Below, piece after piece: positions 47,990-58,033 of a stretch of DNA of 64,000 bases (within the stretch, counting starts at the first letter, position 1; every line of letters starts with the position of its first letter). A program made the position numbers and the translations under genes. Location of the stretch: assembly GCA_050260375.1 (NCBI GenBank), contig JBLNCA010000037.1:229527-293526 (forward strand), read 5' to 3'. Origin of the DNA: Burkholderiales bacterium. Lineage in GTDB: Bacteria; Bacillota; Clostridia; Christensenellales; SZUA-584. The notes below the pieces were generated by a model that worked only from the letters and a program-made list of their open reading frames with translations, was not told the origin of the DNA and searched no databases.

Positions 47990-49135
47990 ATGCAGGTGTT
48001 GGGAATTGATCTTGGATTTTCATCGAAATATAAAACAAGCTGTTACTGTGCATTTAAAGTAGATAGCGACACAAAAGAAATAGGATTCCTTTTAGAGCCA
48101 ACCAAGTTTAACTACAAAGACAAAACTGTCATCAGTATGATTAGAACTAATGCCTTTGATGTTATTACGCTGGACGCTCCCATGACTCCAAAACATATCG
48201 ATGAAACAGAGAAAGTAAAGCCCAAAACCGGAAGGATGATCGAAAAAGCGTTTTCTGTTGACATATTTCACGGTAGTAAGCGCGGCCCGCAGCCGAGCTC
48301 TATTGCAGTGCCGAAACAGGGTTGGCCTTTCTATTGTGCCGGAATGAAGTTTTCGTCAAACTTAAAGCCTTATCGATACTTATCCATCAATGATATTCAG
48401 AATGGCCGTACAACCGGTATATATGAGGTAATACCAAAGCTTACTCAGGCATTACTTGCCCCAAGGGATGTTTTGATTAAAAGAAAAGCACAAATTGATA
48501 ACTATCTTTTCCCCGTTTTATTTCATAGCGACAGCCAATACAGATATTTAATAAACAATATTTTAAACGAGTATTATTTTTCTTTGGAAATTGAAGATTA
48601 TATTCAAAGCATATCAAAAAATACAAAGATATATCATGAAGAGCTTGCTGCCTTTGTTTGCGCTTTTCAAGCCTTTATTATCAATATAGGCAGGGCGTCA
48701 ATAATAGGGTTTGACGGTGATTATGAGGCTTATTATGCCTTGCCTGATACGTCATACTGGGAGCGGGAATGGCTGGATTGTTTCTACAATAAAAGCAGAG
48801 CAAAGTTCCCGAATATCCATTTGATTAAAAAAGGAGTTCTGCAGACTCAAAGAGCATCAAAACCTGTTAATGCCGATAGCTTTATATACACAGAGAATAT
48901 TACAATAGATAAACTAAAAAGCCGTAAAAAATCCGCAGGGACAACAGAGTCGACGACGGAAGGCTATATAAATAAGAACAATCAGAAAAATCTAGGGAAG
49001 ACAGACCGTCCCGGTTCGGGTCATTTGCAATGGTTCTATCAAATGCAATGCTTAAAATGCGGCCACGAGTATTACGCAAACGGGCACGATATTTGGTTAA
49101 GAAAATGCCCGGTTTGTCAGGGAGGACGGCCATAA
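47990..49135 (+). CDS. DUF429-like RNase H-fold nuclease with C-terminal zinc ribbon
   Basis: LGIDLG, TLDAP, RMIE, YEVIP; C-terminal CLKC...CPVC. Confidence 0.6.
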   Translation: MQVLGIDLGFSSKYKTSCYCAFKVDSDTKEIGFLLEPTKFNYKDKTVISMIRTNAFDVITLDAPMTPKHIDETEKVKPKTGRMIEKAFSVDIFHGSKRGPQPSSIAVPKQGWPFYCAGMKFSSNLKPYRYLSINDIQNGRTTGIYEVIPKLTQALLAPRDVLIKRKAQIDNYLFPVLFHSDSQYRYLINNILNEYYFSLEIEDYIQSISKNTKIYHEELAAFVCAFQAFIINIGRASIIGFDGDYEAYYALPDTSYWEREWLDCFYNKSRAKFPNIHLIKKGVLQTQRASKPVNADSFIYTENITIDKLKSRKKSAGTTESTTEGYINKNNQKNLGKTDRPGSGHLQWFYQMQCLKCGHEYYANGHDIWLRKCPVCQGGRP

Positions 49136-49298
49136 TGTAGTAATGATGAATTTTAAGATGGTTTAGTATAATAGCCAAGAAAATTCAAGTGAAATACAAA
49201 TCTTTATTCAAGAGATTGCGTGAGTTGATGTTAAAACTATTCAGCAATAAATGGCACTCGCATCATACAGAATATAAGATAAATGATGAGGTTATGTT

Positions 49299-50132
49299 AT
49301 GAATTATAAGGGGCATAAATCAAACGTAATATTCAATCTCAGCAATAATTTATTTACTTTGCCTGGGAAAAGGCCGGACGATGGCTTGCAGGAGGCTAAA
49401 TTAACAGAAAAGCTGAATCGGTGGGAAAACATCTTAACAGCAGAGGTAATGAACGAGCTTTTACATCTTCCAGCAGATACAGTTTTAATTCCGTTTTTAA
49501 AAAGGTTGGGAGTACAGACGGGCAGCACCGACTGCGACGATGTACTGCATACCGGAATATTGGATAAGGACAGCGGGTACTTTAAACCGAATTTTGTATC
49601 TCATAAGGATGGATATTCAGTGCAACCCGATACAACCGTGGTTCTTAAAGATTGTGTTATATACTTTGAGTTTAAAAATCCATTTCCGGCGCCTTCGAGT
49701 AATAAGCATTCGATTCGAGATCTTGGCAGGCAAACATTGCTCGCATATAAACACATGCGGGATTATGGAGTGGAAAATTACAAGATTATACTCATTAGCA
49801 ATTCGGCGCAAAAAGTCTTTATCGAAAAAGAGGGGCTTGTAAATCCGGGTGATGTTGTTGCACGCTACTTTACGGAACGGGAAGACAAATGGCTTGAAAA
49901 TGAACATGTAAAAGAGCTTGAAAACCGCGTTGATATGGAAAAACTGAGTGATAGCTTTATTGTCCTTAACTGGATAGATATTTTCAACCATGCGATATCA
50001 ACAGTTGAAGAAGCGGCTGATAGGTACGATGACAAGAATATCCGCGCAATGATACTCAACTCTCTCGAAAGCCTTAAGTGGTTTAGAGCACGGCGGGAAG
50101 TTTATTTTAGCAAATATCGAGCTAGTGTTTAG
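49299..50132 (+). CDS. PD-(D/E)XK nuclease-like protein
   Basis: ENILT...QPDTTV...YFEFK...DLGRQ. Confidence 0.6.
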   Translation: MNYKGHKSNVIFNLSNNLFTLPGKRPDDGLQEAKLTEKLNRWENILTAEVMNELLHLPADTVLIPFLKRLGVQTGSTDCDDVLHTGILDKDSGYFKPNFVSHKDGYSVQPDTTVVLKDCVIYFEFKNPFPAPSSNKHSIRDLGRQTLLAYKHMRDYGVENYKIILISNSAQKVFIEKEGLVNPGDVVARYFTEREDKWLENEHVKELENRVDMEKLSDSFIVLNWIDIFNHAISTVEEAADRYDDKNIRAMILNSLESLKWFRARREVYFSKYRASV

Positions 50133-50358
50133 TTTGTCCCATTGAGCCGGGTCGCCGTAATTAAATGAGGCAGCGAAAATGAGAACAGCATAATAAACTC
50201 ATTGGCGCCGGAGTTCTCAAAACGCGAAAGTAATGTAAATGGCAATCGCTGTTGATTGGGCGCTACTTGCCGAAGAATTAAATAGCAGTAAGCTTTATAT
50301 AAATGAATAACGGGTATGGCGTTTACCAAAACTAAAAAATAAAAAAGGAGTTTGAAAA

Positions 50359-50793
50359 ATGTCATACTTAGTGCCGTACAACAGAGATATATTCAGGCCT
50401 TTTGATCTTATGAACCGTTTCTTCGATAGCGATTGGAACAACCTGTGGAACAACGCTTTTGGCGGAATGAACAATATCCGCGCCGATGTAAAAGAAACGG
50501 AAAAAGAATATGTCATCGAAGCGGAGATGCCCGGAATAAAAAAAGAACAGATCAATATCACGTATGAGAATGGTATACTGAACCTCTCGGTAAAACACGA
50601 TAAACAGACAGATTTGGAAAGCAACCAATATATACGGCGCGAGCGGTTCTATGGTGAAATGCAGCGCTCATTCGCCCTTGAAAATGTAAAAGAAGAAGGC
50701 ATCAACGCACAATATAAAGACGGCATTCTTTCGATAACCTTGCCCAAAGACCCGCAGAAACAGCAAAAGCACAGGGCAATTCAGATTCAGTAG
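50359..50793 (+). CDS. Hsp20/alpha-crystallin small heat-shock protein
   Basis: ADVKET..AEMPG..RRERFYGEMQRSF..AQYKDGILSITLPK. Confidence 0.93.
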   Translation: MSYLVPYNRDIFRPFDLMNRFFDSDWNNLWNNAFGGMNNIRADVKETEKEYVIEAEMPGIKKEQINITYENGILNLSVKHDKQTDLESNQYIRRERFYGEMQRSFALENVKEEGINAQYKDGILSITLPKDPQKQQKHRAIQIQ

Positions 50794-50830
50794 TCATAAA
50801 CTCCGCTTAAAAAGCGGGGTTTATGACTAC
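50790..50830. terminator. 19-bp inverted repeat after hsp20
   Basis: GTAGTCATAAACTCCGCTT-AAA-AAGCGGGGTTTATGACTAC (one G-T pair). Confidence 0.7.
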
Positions 50831-51073
50831 TTAACACGCCTTGTGCAAAGTACGGCAAATAATGGACCGGGCTATTTTTTTAGGCATTACGGCAGGCGGC
50901 CGATGAGTGGTATAAGCTTGAACGGCTTGAGGTGAAAGCGGTACAGCCGTATTGCTATGGCTTTTAAATAAAGGACGTGCAGGAAAACGAGTACTATGCC
51001 GACATAATCGAGGTAGAGTTTATAGATTAAGTTAAGTTTTAGTACTCTTTTGCGGTCTGCGTATTATCCCAAT

Positions 51074-51108
51074 AGAACAGTGCCTTGTATGGGCGCTGTT
51101 CTTTTTTA
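51074..51108 (+). terminator. Intrinsic terminator
   Basis: AGAACAGTGCCT-TGTAT-GGGCGCTGTTCT-TTTTT. Confidence 0.7.
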
Positions 51109-51349
51109 TATGATGCGGCGTGAGGCGGTTTGCGCTTAGCGCAGCCGTAACTTAATTAAAAACGATGACGGAAAACGGCTTAACCATGCGGTATATAGAT
51201 CGGTTTAACGGAAGCGGAAAATTATAATTACGATTATGCAGTCAACATATATCTTTTGAAAAAACATTTTATATTCATGAAGGATTTTTAAGCGATATGC
51301 GACTATCTATTTGAAGGCTGAAGACAAAGATTCGAAAGGAGATGTATGG

Positions 51350-52210
51350 TTGAACGAGCAAGTATTAAACGTAGTCCATCTGAATAAAGCCTTTGGTAAA
51401 ACAGAAGTACTGCATGATATAAGCCTGACTGTTATTAAAGGCGAAGTATACGGATTGGTAGGCCAAAACGGAGCCGGAAAAACGACGTTGCTCAGGTTGA
51501 TAACAGGATTGATGAAACCGACCGGCGGAAGTATTCGCATACATACGGAAAAGAATTATGTAGGATATATGCCGCAAAGCTGCCGGTTTGACGGCGGCGC
51601 TACTGTTGCCGATACTATTCGTTTTTTTGCATCGATCAGAAAAACCGATTATAAAAAAAGTTTTTTGCTGTGCAAAAGACTGGAACTGGATACCGAAAAA
51701 AAGGTTAAGCATCTCTCTCCGGGGCAACAGAAAAAAATGCAGCTGGTCATTGCGATGACTGGCGAACCGGACTTGTATATCCTGGATGAGCCTACCGCCG
51801 GCCTTGACCCGAGTGCGGCCTATGAAATGACGAATATTAAAAAGTCGATCCACAAAGACGGCAAAAGCATTCTGATGTCTTCGCATATCCTTCAGGACAT
51901 GGATGAAATCTGTACTAATATCGCGATTCTGGAAAAAGGCAATCTCATATACAGCAGCGAGCTGGAAGGCAGTTACGTGATAAAGACAGAACCGATTCCC
52001 ATGCGCAAATATGAAATATTGGCGAAAAAATACTCATTGGTGGGCAATGAAAATCGAACCGTTCTCCATGTGAAAACAGACGGAAAGGGAGTATCAGAAT
52101 TGGTAAATGAACTTGTCGTTGATTCGATTAGAATTTTTGAGGTTTCCTCTTACAATGTAAAAACAATTGTTCAGGAGCAATTGCAGATAAGGGGTGAAGA
52201 GCAATGCTAA
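51350..52210 (+). CDS. ABC transporter ATP-binding protein
   Basis: GQNGAGKT, LSPGQ, ILDEPTAGLD, SSH. Confidence 0.9.
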   Translation: MNEQVLNVVHLNKAFGKTEVLHDISLTVIKGEVYGLVGQNGAGKTTLLRLITGLMKPTGGSIRIHTEKNYVGYMPQSCRFDGGATVADTIRFFASIRKTDYKKSFLLCKRLELDTEKKVKHLSPGQQKKMQLVIAMTGEPDLYILDEPTAGLDPSAAYEMTNIKKSIHKDGKSILMSSHILQDMDEICTNIAILEKGNLIYSSELEGSYVIKTEPIPMRKYEILAKKYSLVGNENRTVLHVKTDGKGVSELVNELVVDSIRIFEVSSYNVKTIVQEQLQIRGEEQC

Positions 52211-52968
52211 TGAGACTGGCTCTGCGCGATATCAGATCAACATTGAAATTTAGAACCTTTTTAATCTGGTTTGTTATGGCGGGCATAGCTGTTTTCTTCT
52301 TCTTTACATCTGCGGGCAGGGTAGAACTGGAAAAAAATGAGGTCAAGTTTATGACTATTTTTATGCCGCAGATCATTTTCGGTGCATGGGCAGTATTATC
52401 CGTTTACTTTGACTTGGTATCTTCCGACCGGGAGCATAATGTTCTTGATTGTATTTTATGCTCGGGTGTTACAAAAAGACAGGTTTTCGCAGCAAAAATC
52501 ATCACGTCGGCGGTTGTGTCACTGCTGTTGTCGTTTATTTATCTCTTTCCAATAACGGCAGTTATAGTTTTGTTAAGCGATTTCTCAAACGCAATACTCC
52601 TTATACGATATCTGCTTCCGTTGTGGGGTTATATCATGGTATTCGCCGCGATGGGCGTTACAATCTCCGTATTGGCGCGCTCTTCCAAAGCGGCGCTGAT
52701 ATGGAGCCTGGCTATTGGACTTATACTTATGCCGCGTTTCTTTATAATCATTGTTGATGGGCTCGGCAGCGTTTTTCAGTGGTCACAAGCGGTTAAAGAC
52801 GGCGTGAGCATAATAGCTCCCGGTGCTCTGATGTACGCTTTAGCCAATTCTGAGAACACCGCAAATTTTACCAATGCGATTATAGGCTTTACGGCAGGCG
52901 TTCTGATACTTTTTACCATATCATATTTAGCTTTTTGCCGTCAGGACGAGTATAATTACGGTGAATAA
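52204..52968 (+). CDS. ABC-2 type permease
   Basis: Multiple hydrophobic segments; overlaps the ATPase gene. Confidence 0.8.
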   Translation: MLMRLALRDIRSTLKFRTFLIWFVMAGIAVFFFFTSAGRVELEKNEVKFMTIFMPQIIFGAWAVLSVYFDLVSSDREHNVLDCILCSGVTKRQVFAAKIITSAVVSLLLSFIYLFPITAVIVLLSDFSNAILLIRYLLPLWGYIMVFAAMGVTISVLARSSKAALIWSLAIGLILMPRFFIIIVDGLGSVFQWSQAVKDGVSIIAPGALMYALANSENTANFTNAIIGFTAGVLILFTISYLAFCRQDEYNYGE

Positions 52969-52982
52969 GGAGGTTAACCCAT

Positions 52983-53396
52983 ATGAGAATATATAAAAAT
53001 TACGCATTCTTGCTTGCATTAATAGCATTATTAGTATTTGCTCTCGCCGGCTGCGGAGTATCCAACACCGTTGAGAACTTCATTGTCTCGGATCGGCAAT
53101 ATACCGAAGGGGGCGATTTGGAGAGCGCAAAGCAGCCCGAACAGCTGGCAGCCGGGAAGGACGTTTATGCCAGCGTATATTTTATAGAATCCCCCAAGGG
53201 AATGGAATATACTGCAAAGTGGTTCATCAACGGGAACGAAGTAAAAACCGATACACAAAAAATGCCCACCGACAGAAAGGGTATAATCGTTTTTTCTCTT
53301 GAAGGAGATAAAGTCACAACAGGCACATTGAAATTGGAAATTAGTTATGACGACTACATCCTGGCTTCCAGGGAACTTGCTATAGCCGAGGAATGA
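52983..53396 (+). CDS. Lipoprotein
   Basis: Signal peptide with LAGC lipobox. Confidence 0.8.
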   Translation: MRIYKNYAFLLALIALLVFALAGCGVSNTVENFIVSDRQYTEGGDLESAKQPEQLAAGKDVYASVYFIESPKGMEYTAKWFINGNEVKTDTQKMPTDRKGIIVFSLEGDKVTTGTLKLEISYDDYILASRELAIAEE

Positions 53397-53406
53397 GAAT
53401 GGTCCA

Positions 53407-53961
53407 ATGAATATGGCGGAAAACCTGAAAGAAGAAAAGTTTATATCGCTGTATCAGGCTTTTGTTAACGAAATCTACCAGTATGTTTTCCTGAGAACGG
53501 GATTGGACGCTGCGCTGGCGGAAGATATAACGCAGGATATATTTCTTGATGCGTTTAAAAGCATGGGCGGTTTTAAAGGGCTGTGTTCGAACAGAACGTG
53601 GATATTCAGAATTGCCAGAAACAAGCTCTATGACTTCTATAGAAAGCAGTACCGGCAAAAGATTGAGCTTGTTGGCATTAACGATCCGCTTACCGAGCAT
53701 CTCGGCAATCTCGGGCAGGATACCGAAAACATAATCGAGTCGGCTCTTGAGAGCCAAATGGTCTGCGATTGCTTAAACAGGATTCCTGCTCATTACAGAA
53801 TCACGCTGATACTGAAATACGTTGACGGCAAAAGCGTGAAACAGATAGCGGAACTTACCGACAGGTCCGCAAAAGCCATAGAAAGTATGCTGCAAAGGGC
53901 AAAAAATGCTTTCATCAAAGAATACCGGTCGGCTCAAAAGAAGGAGGGGTTTGATCTGTGA
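53407..53961 (+). CDS. ECF RNA polymerase sigma factor
   Basis: AEDITQDIF, TWIFRIARN, region 4 HTH SVKQIAE. Confidence 0.9.
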   Translation: MNMAENLKEEKFISLYQAFVNEIYQYVFLRTGLDAALAEDITQDIFLDAFKSMGGFKGLCSNRTWIFRIARNKLYDFYRKQYRQKIELVGINDPLTEHLGNLGQDTENIIESALESQMVCDCLNRIPAHYRITLILKYVDGKSVKQIAELTDRSAKAIESMLQRAKNAFIKEYRSAQKKEGFDL

Positions 53962-54215
53962 AAAAAGATAAAAAGATTTACGAAATATTGGAGAATGCTG
54001 CGCTGCCAACAAAGCAGCAGAAGGAAAAAATGCTTGCCTGTATATTGTCTGAATACCGCAAATATGAAGCTTCACCTTCCGAAAAATTATTCAGGCTGAT
54101 TAGCGCATATCCCTGGCGATTTGCCTTCGGCCTTTCCGCGGTGCAGGCTGTGTTATGCACTGTAATCTGGGGAACGGAATACACGAACATGATACTCAAA
54201 GTATTCGGAGGTTGA
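53958..54215 (+). CDS. Small membrane protein, putative anti-sigma factor
   Basis: GTGA overlap with the sigma gene; one C-terminal hydrophobic segment. Confidence 0.6.
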   Translation: MKKDKKIYEILENAALPTKQQKEKMLACILSEYRKYEASPSEKLFRLISAYPWRFAFGLSAVQAVLCTVIWGTEYTNMILKVFGG

Positions 54216-54219
54216 GAGT

Positions 54220-54783
54220 ATGAATTCCTTTCTTGAGGTATTAAACCATCCAATCGATGCGTTCAGGAATAAAAGCAAAGCGGTTGCATGGTTTCTCGTT
54301 GCAGCTACCATATTGATCAACGCTGTCTTTGAGCCGCTTCTGGCTTGGTCCGCCAGCTCCCGGTACGCGGCTCCCGATGTTTATTTAATGCTGCGCACCG
54401 CTTTATGGGGATGCGCCAGCTATCTTGCGATATGCGCCGTGTTCTGGGCCATAAGCAAATGCTTCGGCAGCAAAACGCCGCTTATAACTTATCTTAAGAC
54501 ATGGGGCCTGACCTTTTTCCCCACTTTGCTGTGCTCCATTGCCGTTGCCTTCAGTGAAACCTTCTTTACTGTTTTCTGGAACAACAGCATCTGGGGCATA
54601 CTGCTGAGCATTGCATTTGTCGGCATATTTATATGGAAAACAATACTGTACGTCATTTTTTTAAGAGAAGTAGCCGGCCTGAAAGGCGGCAGAATGACCG
54701 GAGCGTTTATTGTGATTGGAATCATGGTTATCGCGCTTGCGCTGTTTAACGGATATGTCGGGGTGAAAACGCCTGTTCTGTAA
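54220..54783 (+). CDS. Yip1-like membrane protein
   Basis: N-terminal HPIDAF, about five hydrophobic segments. Confidence 0.6.
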   Translation: MNSFLEVLNHPIDAFRNKSKAVAWFLVAATILINAVFEPLLAWSASSRYAAPDVYLMLRTALWGCASYLAICAVFWAISKCFGSKTPLITYLKTWGLTFFPTLLCSIAVAFSETFFTVFWNNSIWGILLSIAFVGIFIWKTILYVIFLREVAGLKGGRMTGAFIVIGIMVIALALFNGYVGVKTPVL

Positions 54784-55072
54784 GATTAGGAGGTTTTATA
54801 ATCAAACATGGCATATTTGCAGAACCAACGGCGCAAAGCTAATGGGCAAAAACGCTAAGTAACGCTATGATATCCCAGCACCGCATTTGCTGTGTGTGCT
54901 AAACCTGCCCGTTTTTCGTATAGCGGGCTTTTCCTTTAATGATATTAAATTTGTTTTGCTTAATTGAGATTCGGTTTCCGGTAAAGATTTATTTTTGCTG
55001 CCATAACCTTTGATGAGGCTTAGAATTACAAACGAGCTTCCGTTGCAAGTGTTTATTGAAATTACTCTCATG

Positions 55073-55115
55073 TGTTGCAATTGCAACATATATATCCGCG
55101 GCTTTGTGTTATAAT
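55073..55115 (+). promoter_or_regulatory. Palindromic activator site plus extended -10 upstream of hemerythrin
   Basis: TGTTGCAATTGCAACA (55073-55088); TGtTATAAT (55107-55115). Confidence 0.65.
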
Positions 55116-55184
55116 GCGGTAAAATCAAATGCTAACGATTTTTGCTGTAACGCAGAATCTTAATTATAAAAAGGAGGGTTCAAT

Positions 55185-55727
55185 ATGGGAAAAGCGACGC
55201 AAGACCTTAAGAAGGAACACGAAGCCATACTTTACGTACTGCAGATACTTGACAAGATGATGGAGTCCGATAATCTTAAGGCTGAAAGCCTGCTTCGTTA
55301 TTACAGCGAGGTGGTTGATTTCCTCAAGATATTTGCGGACAAATGCCATCACGGCAAAGAGGAGAATTACCTGTTTAAAGAACTGGTTGACAAAGGGATA
55401 CCGAACGAGGGCGGCCCCGTGGGCGTGATGCTGCAGGAACACGCTCTGGGCAGGGAGTATATTGCGCAAATGAGCCGAAGCCTTGGCGAAAAGAACATCG
55501 ATGGTTTTAACAGCGCCACCGCCAAATACCGCGACCTGCTGCGCAGTCATATCGACAAGGAAAACAACGTGCTTTTCGTGATGGCGGATAGCGTTTTAGA
55601 TGAACAGGCGCAAAGCATTATGTTTGAAAAGTTCGAGCAGCATGAAGAGAATGTAGTCGGGCATGGCGTACATGAAAAGCTGCATGCGATGATAGACGCG
55701 TGGGCAGCCGGCTTCGGCGTGGAATAA
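55185..55727 (+). CDS. Hemerythrin HHE domain protein
   Basis: EH, HHGKEE, EH, HIDKEN motifs. Confidence 0.88.
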   Translation: MGKATQDLKKEHEAILYVLQILDKMMESDNLKAESLLRYYSEVVDFLKIFADKCHHGKEENYLFKELVDKGIPNEGGPVGVMLQEHALGREYIAQMSRSLGEKNIDGFNSATAKYRDLLRSHIDKENNVLFVMADSVLDEQAQSIMFEKFEQHEENVVGHGVHEKLHAMIDAWAAGFGVE

Positions 55728-55792
55728 AATGTTTTTAATAAAGTAAAAGCTGTACTCCTTTGGTTGAACGCAAAATAAGGAATATAAGTTAT

Positions 55793-56677
55793 ATGGATGA
55801 GATCAAAGCTATTTTGGATAAAGTAACAGCTGAGTTATCGACAGTAAAAGGCGTTTGCTCGATTGTGCTTGGCGGCTCGCGAGCCAGAGGCACGCATACT
55901 CCTTCTTCGGATATTGACATCGGCATATATTACGATGGTTCGGCGCTCGACCTGGACGCACTTAACAAAGCGGCTCAGGCGGTTGACGACGAACACCGCC
56001 AGAATCTTATTGCGCCGCCCGGAGGGTGGGGCAAATGGGTCAACGGCGGTGGCTGGCTTATCATTGACGGCTGTCACGTAGATTTTATACTGCGCGATAT
56101 CGAAAGGGTTAAGAAGGCTATCGAAGAAGGACGGAACGGGGTTGTAACCGCACATTACCAGACCGGGCATCCGCATGCTTATATCAACGTCATGTATATG
56201 GGCGAATTAGCCGTCAGCAAAGTGCTGTGGGAAAAGGGCGGCAGTATATCTGCGATGAAGCGAATAGCCGAACAATATCCGGCAGCGCTGCAAAAAGAGC
56301 TGATTCACTTATTTTCGTTTGAGGCGGAGTTTTCGCTTTGGCTTGCAGAAAACTATATTGATAAAGGCGATATTTATTATTTAACCGCTCATGTCGTCCG
56401 GTCGGTATCGGCTCTGAATCAGGTGCTGTTTGCATTGAATAACGAATATTGCCTGAACGAAAAGAAAGCGGTTAAAATGATTGAGCAGTTCAAAATTCAT
56501 CCCGCAGCATACAAAAGCAGGATAGACGATATATTTGCAGCGGTCGGAACCGACAGTAAGAACGCCTGCACACAGCTCAGGCATTTGGTAAACGAGGTAA
56601 AAGAACTCCTGACAAAGGAACAGACAGAGCACATAACAGCAACTCTTGATAGTCTGTCAAACAGAAAAAACAGCTAA
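55793..56677 (+). CDS. Pol-beta-type nucleotidyltransferase domain protein
   Basis: LGGSRARG...SDIDIGIYY; NGGGWL; NEKKA. Confidence 0.8.
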   Translation: MDEIKAILDKVTAELSTVKGVCSIVLGGSRARGTHTPSSDIDIGIYYDGSALDLDALNKAAQAVDDEHRQNLIAPPGGWGKWVNGGGWLIIDGCHVDFILRDIERVKKAIEEGRNGVVTAHYQTGHPHAYINVMYMGELAVSKVLWEKGGSISAMKRIAEQYPAALQKELIHLFSFEAEFSLWLAENYIDKGDIYYLTAHVVRSVSALNQVLFALNNEYCLNEKKAVKMIEQFKIHPAAYKSRIDDIFAAVGTDSKNACTQLRHLVNEVKELLTKEQTEHITATLDSLSNRKNS

Positions 56678-56722
56678 TACTCAATCTGCCTGGACGGATG
56701 AATGTTTCCGAGTAATAAAACC

Positions 56723-56767
56723 AAAGGCGCACTGCGTGTGATTTCGCAGGAGCGCCTTTATCCTTTT
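56723..56767 (+). terminator. Intrinsic terminator
   Basis: AAAGGCGC..CTGCG/CGCAG..GCGCCTTT followed by a T-rich tract. Confidence 0.55.
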
Positions 56768-56860
56768 AATTTTCATTTCTTCATTAAATCTACATAAGAG
56801 TCAGCTATATTTGAACGCAGCAAAACGTTTGAACTTTTTTAATAAGGAAGATACGGATAT

Positions 56861-57203
56861 ATGAACTGCTGTGGCAATAGTAAGAATAGCAAAACAGGCG
56901 AACCAAAAAGACCAATGTCGTATTGGCTCCAAATTATCTTGTGCTGCGGCATACCCGTAGCACTTTTGCTTTTATTGCCGTACATAAGCAGGCTACCATT
57001 TCGGCGTAGCTCTTAACAGCGGCAAATTTGAATGGGCGAAGGATTATACAAAAAACGATAAGGATATAGTGTTTGTGATTTACGCCAAACCTTTGGCAGA
57101 GCTCGGCGTTGACGTAAAGAATATTGAAGGCTGGGCATTTCTCACGATGAAGGACGCCGGAAACGACGTGGATCTGCTTGTTAAGCCGTACGATATTATA
57201 TAA
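56861..57203 (+). pseudogene. Joined remnants of a Cys-rich small membrane protein and a second gene's C-terminus
   Basis: MNCCGN...ILCCGIP fragment followed by start-less GKFEWAKD..NDKDIVF..VKPYDII*. Confidence 0.5.
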
Positions 57204-57318
57204 CGCCGCAATCGACTAAAGGGCGACAGCAGGTTATACTGTAATAAGATAAAACCGGAGTGCGTCGGGGAAAGCTTTGACTCGGCGCTTTCGGAATTAC
57301 TTAAAGGAAGCTTTGGCT

Positions 57319-58033
57319 ATGGCAAAGGGCAAAACGATACTCGTAGTAGACGATGAAATCAAAATAGCGAACGTTTTGGAATCATACCTTAAAAAAGCGG
57401 GTTATTCGGTGGTTTGCGCCTGCAGCGGCAGCGAAGCGCTTAAACTGTTTGAAAAGCATTCGCCCGCTCTCGTGCTGCTCGACCTTATGCTGCCCGATAT
57501 AGCGGGAGAGGATGTTTGCCGGGCTATCAGGAAAAAATCGAGGGCGCCCATTATTATGCTGACGGCGAAGATTGAAGAGGAGAGCATATTGGAAGGCCTC
57601 GGGATAGGCGCGGACGATTATGTCACAAAGCCGTTCTCCCCGCGGCAGATCGTAGCGAGGGTTAACGCCGTGCTGCGAAGGGCCTCCGCGGAGGTTATAC
57701 CCGTGGCGGACGAGCTGTCGTTCAATGACGGCGAGCTGGTGATAGACAACCTGCGCCGCGAAGTGAGAAGAAACGGGCAGAAAGTGCCGCTTACGCCCAA
57801 CGAGTTAAAAATTTTGTTCACGCTTGCAAAATACCCGACCAAGGCGTTTACGCGGGACGAAATAATAACGATGTCTTTGGGCTACGGCTTTGAGGGGTAC
57901 GACAGGGTAATAGATACTCATATAAAAAACATAAGGCAGAAGATAGAGAGATCCTAAAACGCCCGAATATATTCTGACTGTGCACGGCGTGGGGTATAAG
58001 TTTGGAGGTGCGGAGCATGAAAACGAGCCTTAG
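57319..58033 (+). pseudogene. OmpR-family response regulator with C-terminal frameshift
   Basis: VVDDE, LDLMLP, TAK, KPFSP; terminal DPKTPEYILTVHGVGYKF lies in another frame after a GA run near 57946-57952. Confidence 0.8.

Noticed and set aside
50910-50960. Further rlmD-like fragment (YKLERLEVKAVQPY)
   Set aside because: Resemblance is short and lacks the DxFPxT/HVE core
55793-56677. Nucleotidyltransferase as a CBASS cyclase or MNT-HEPN antitoxin
   Set aside because: No adjacent effector or HEPN gene; resembles a common stand-alone family
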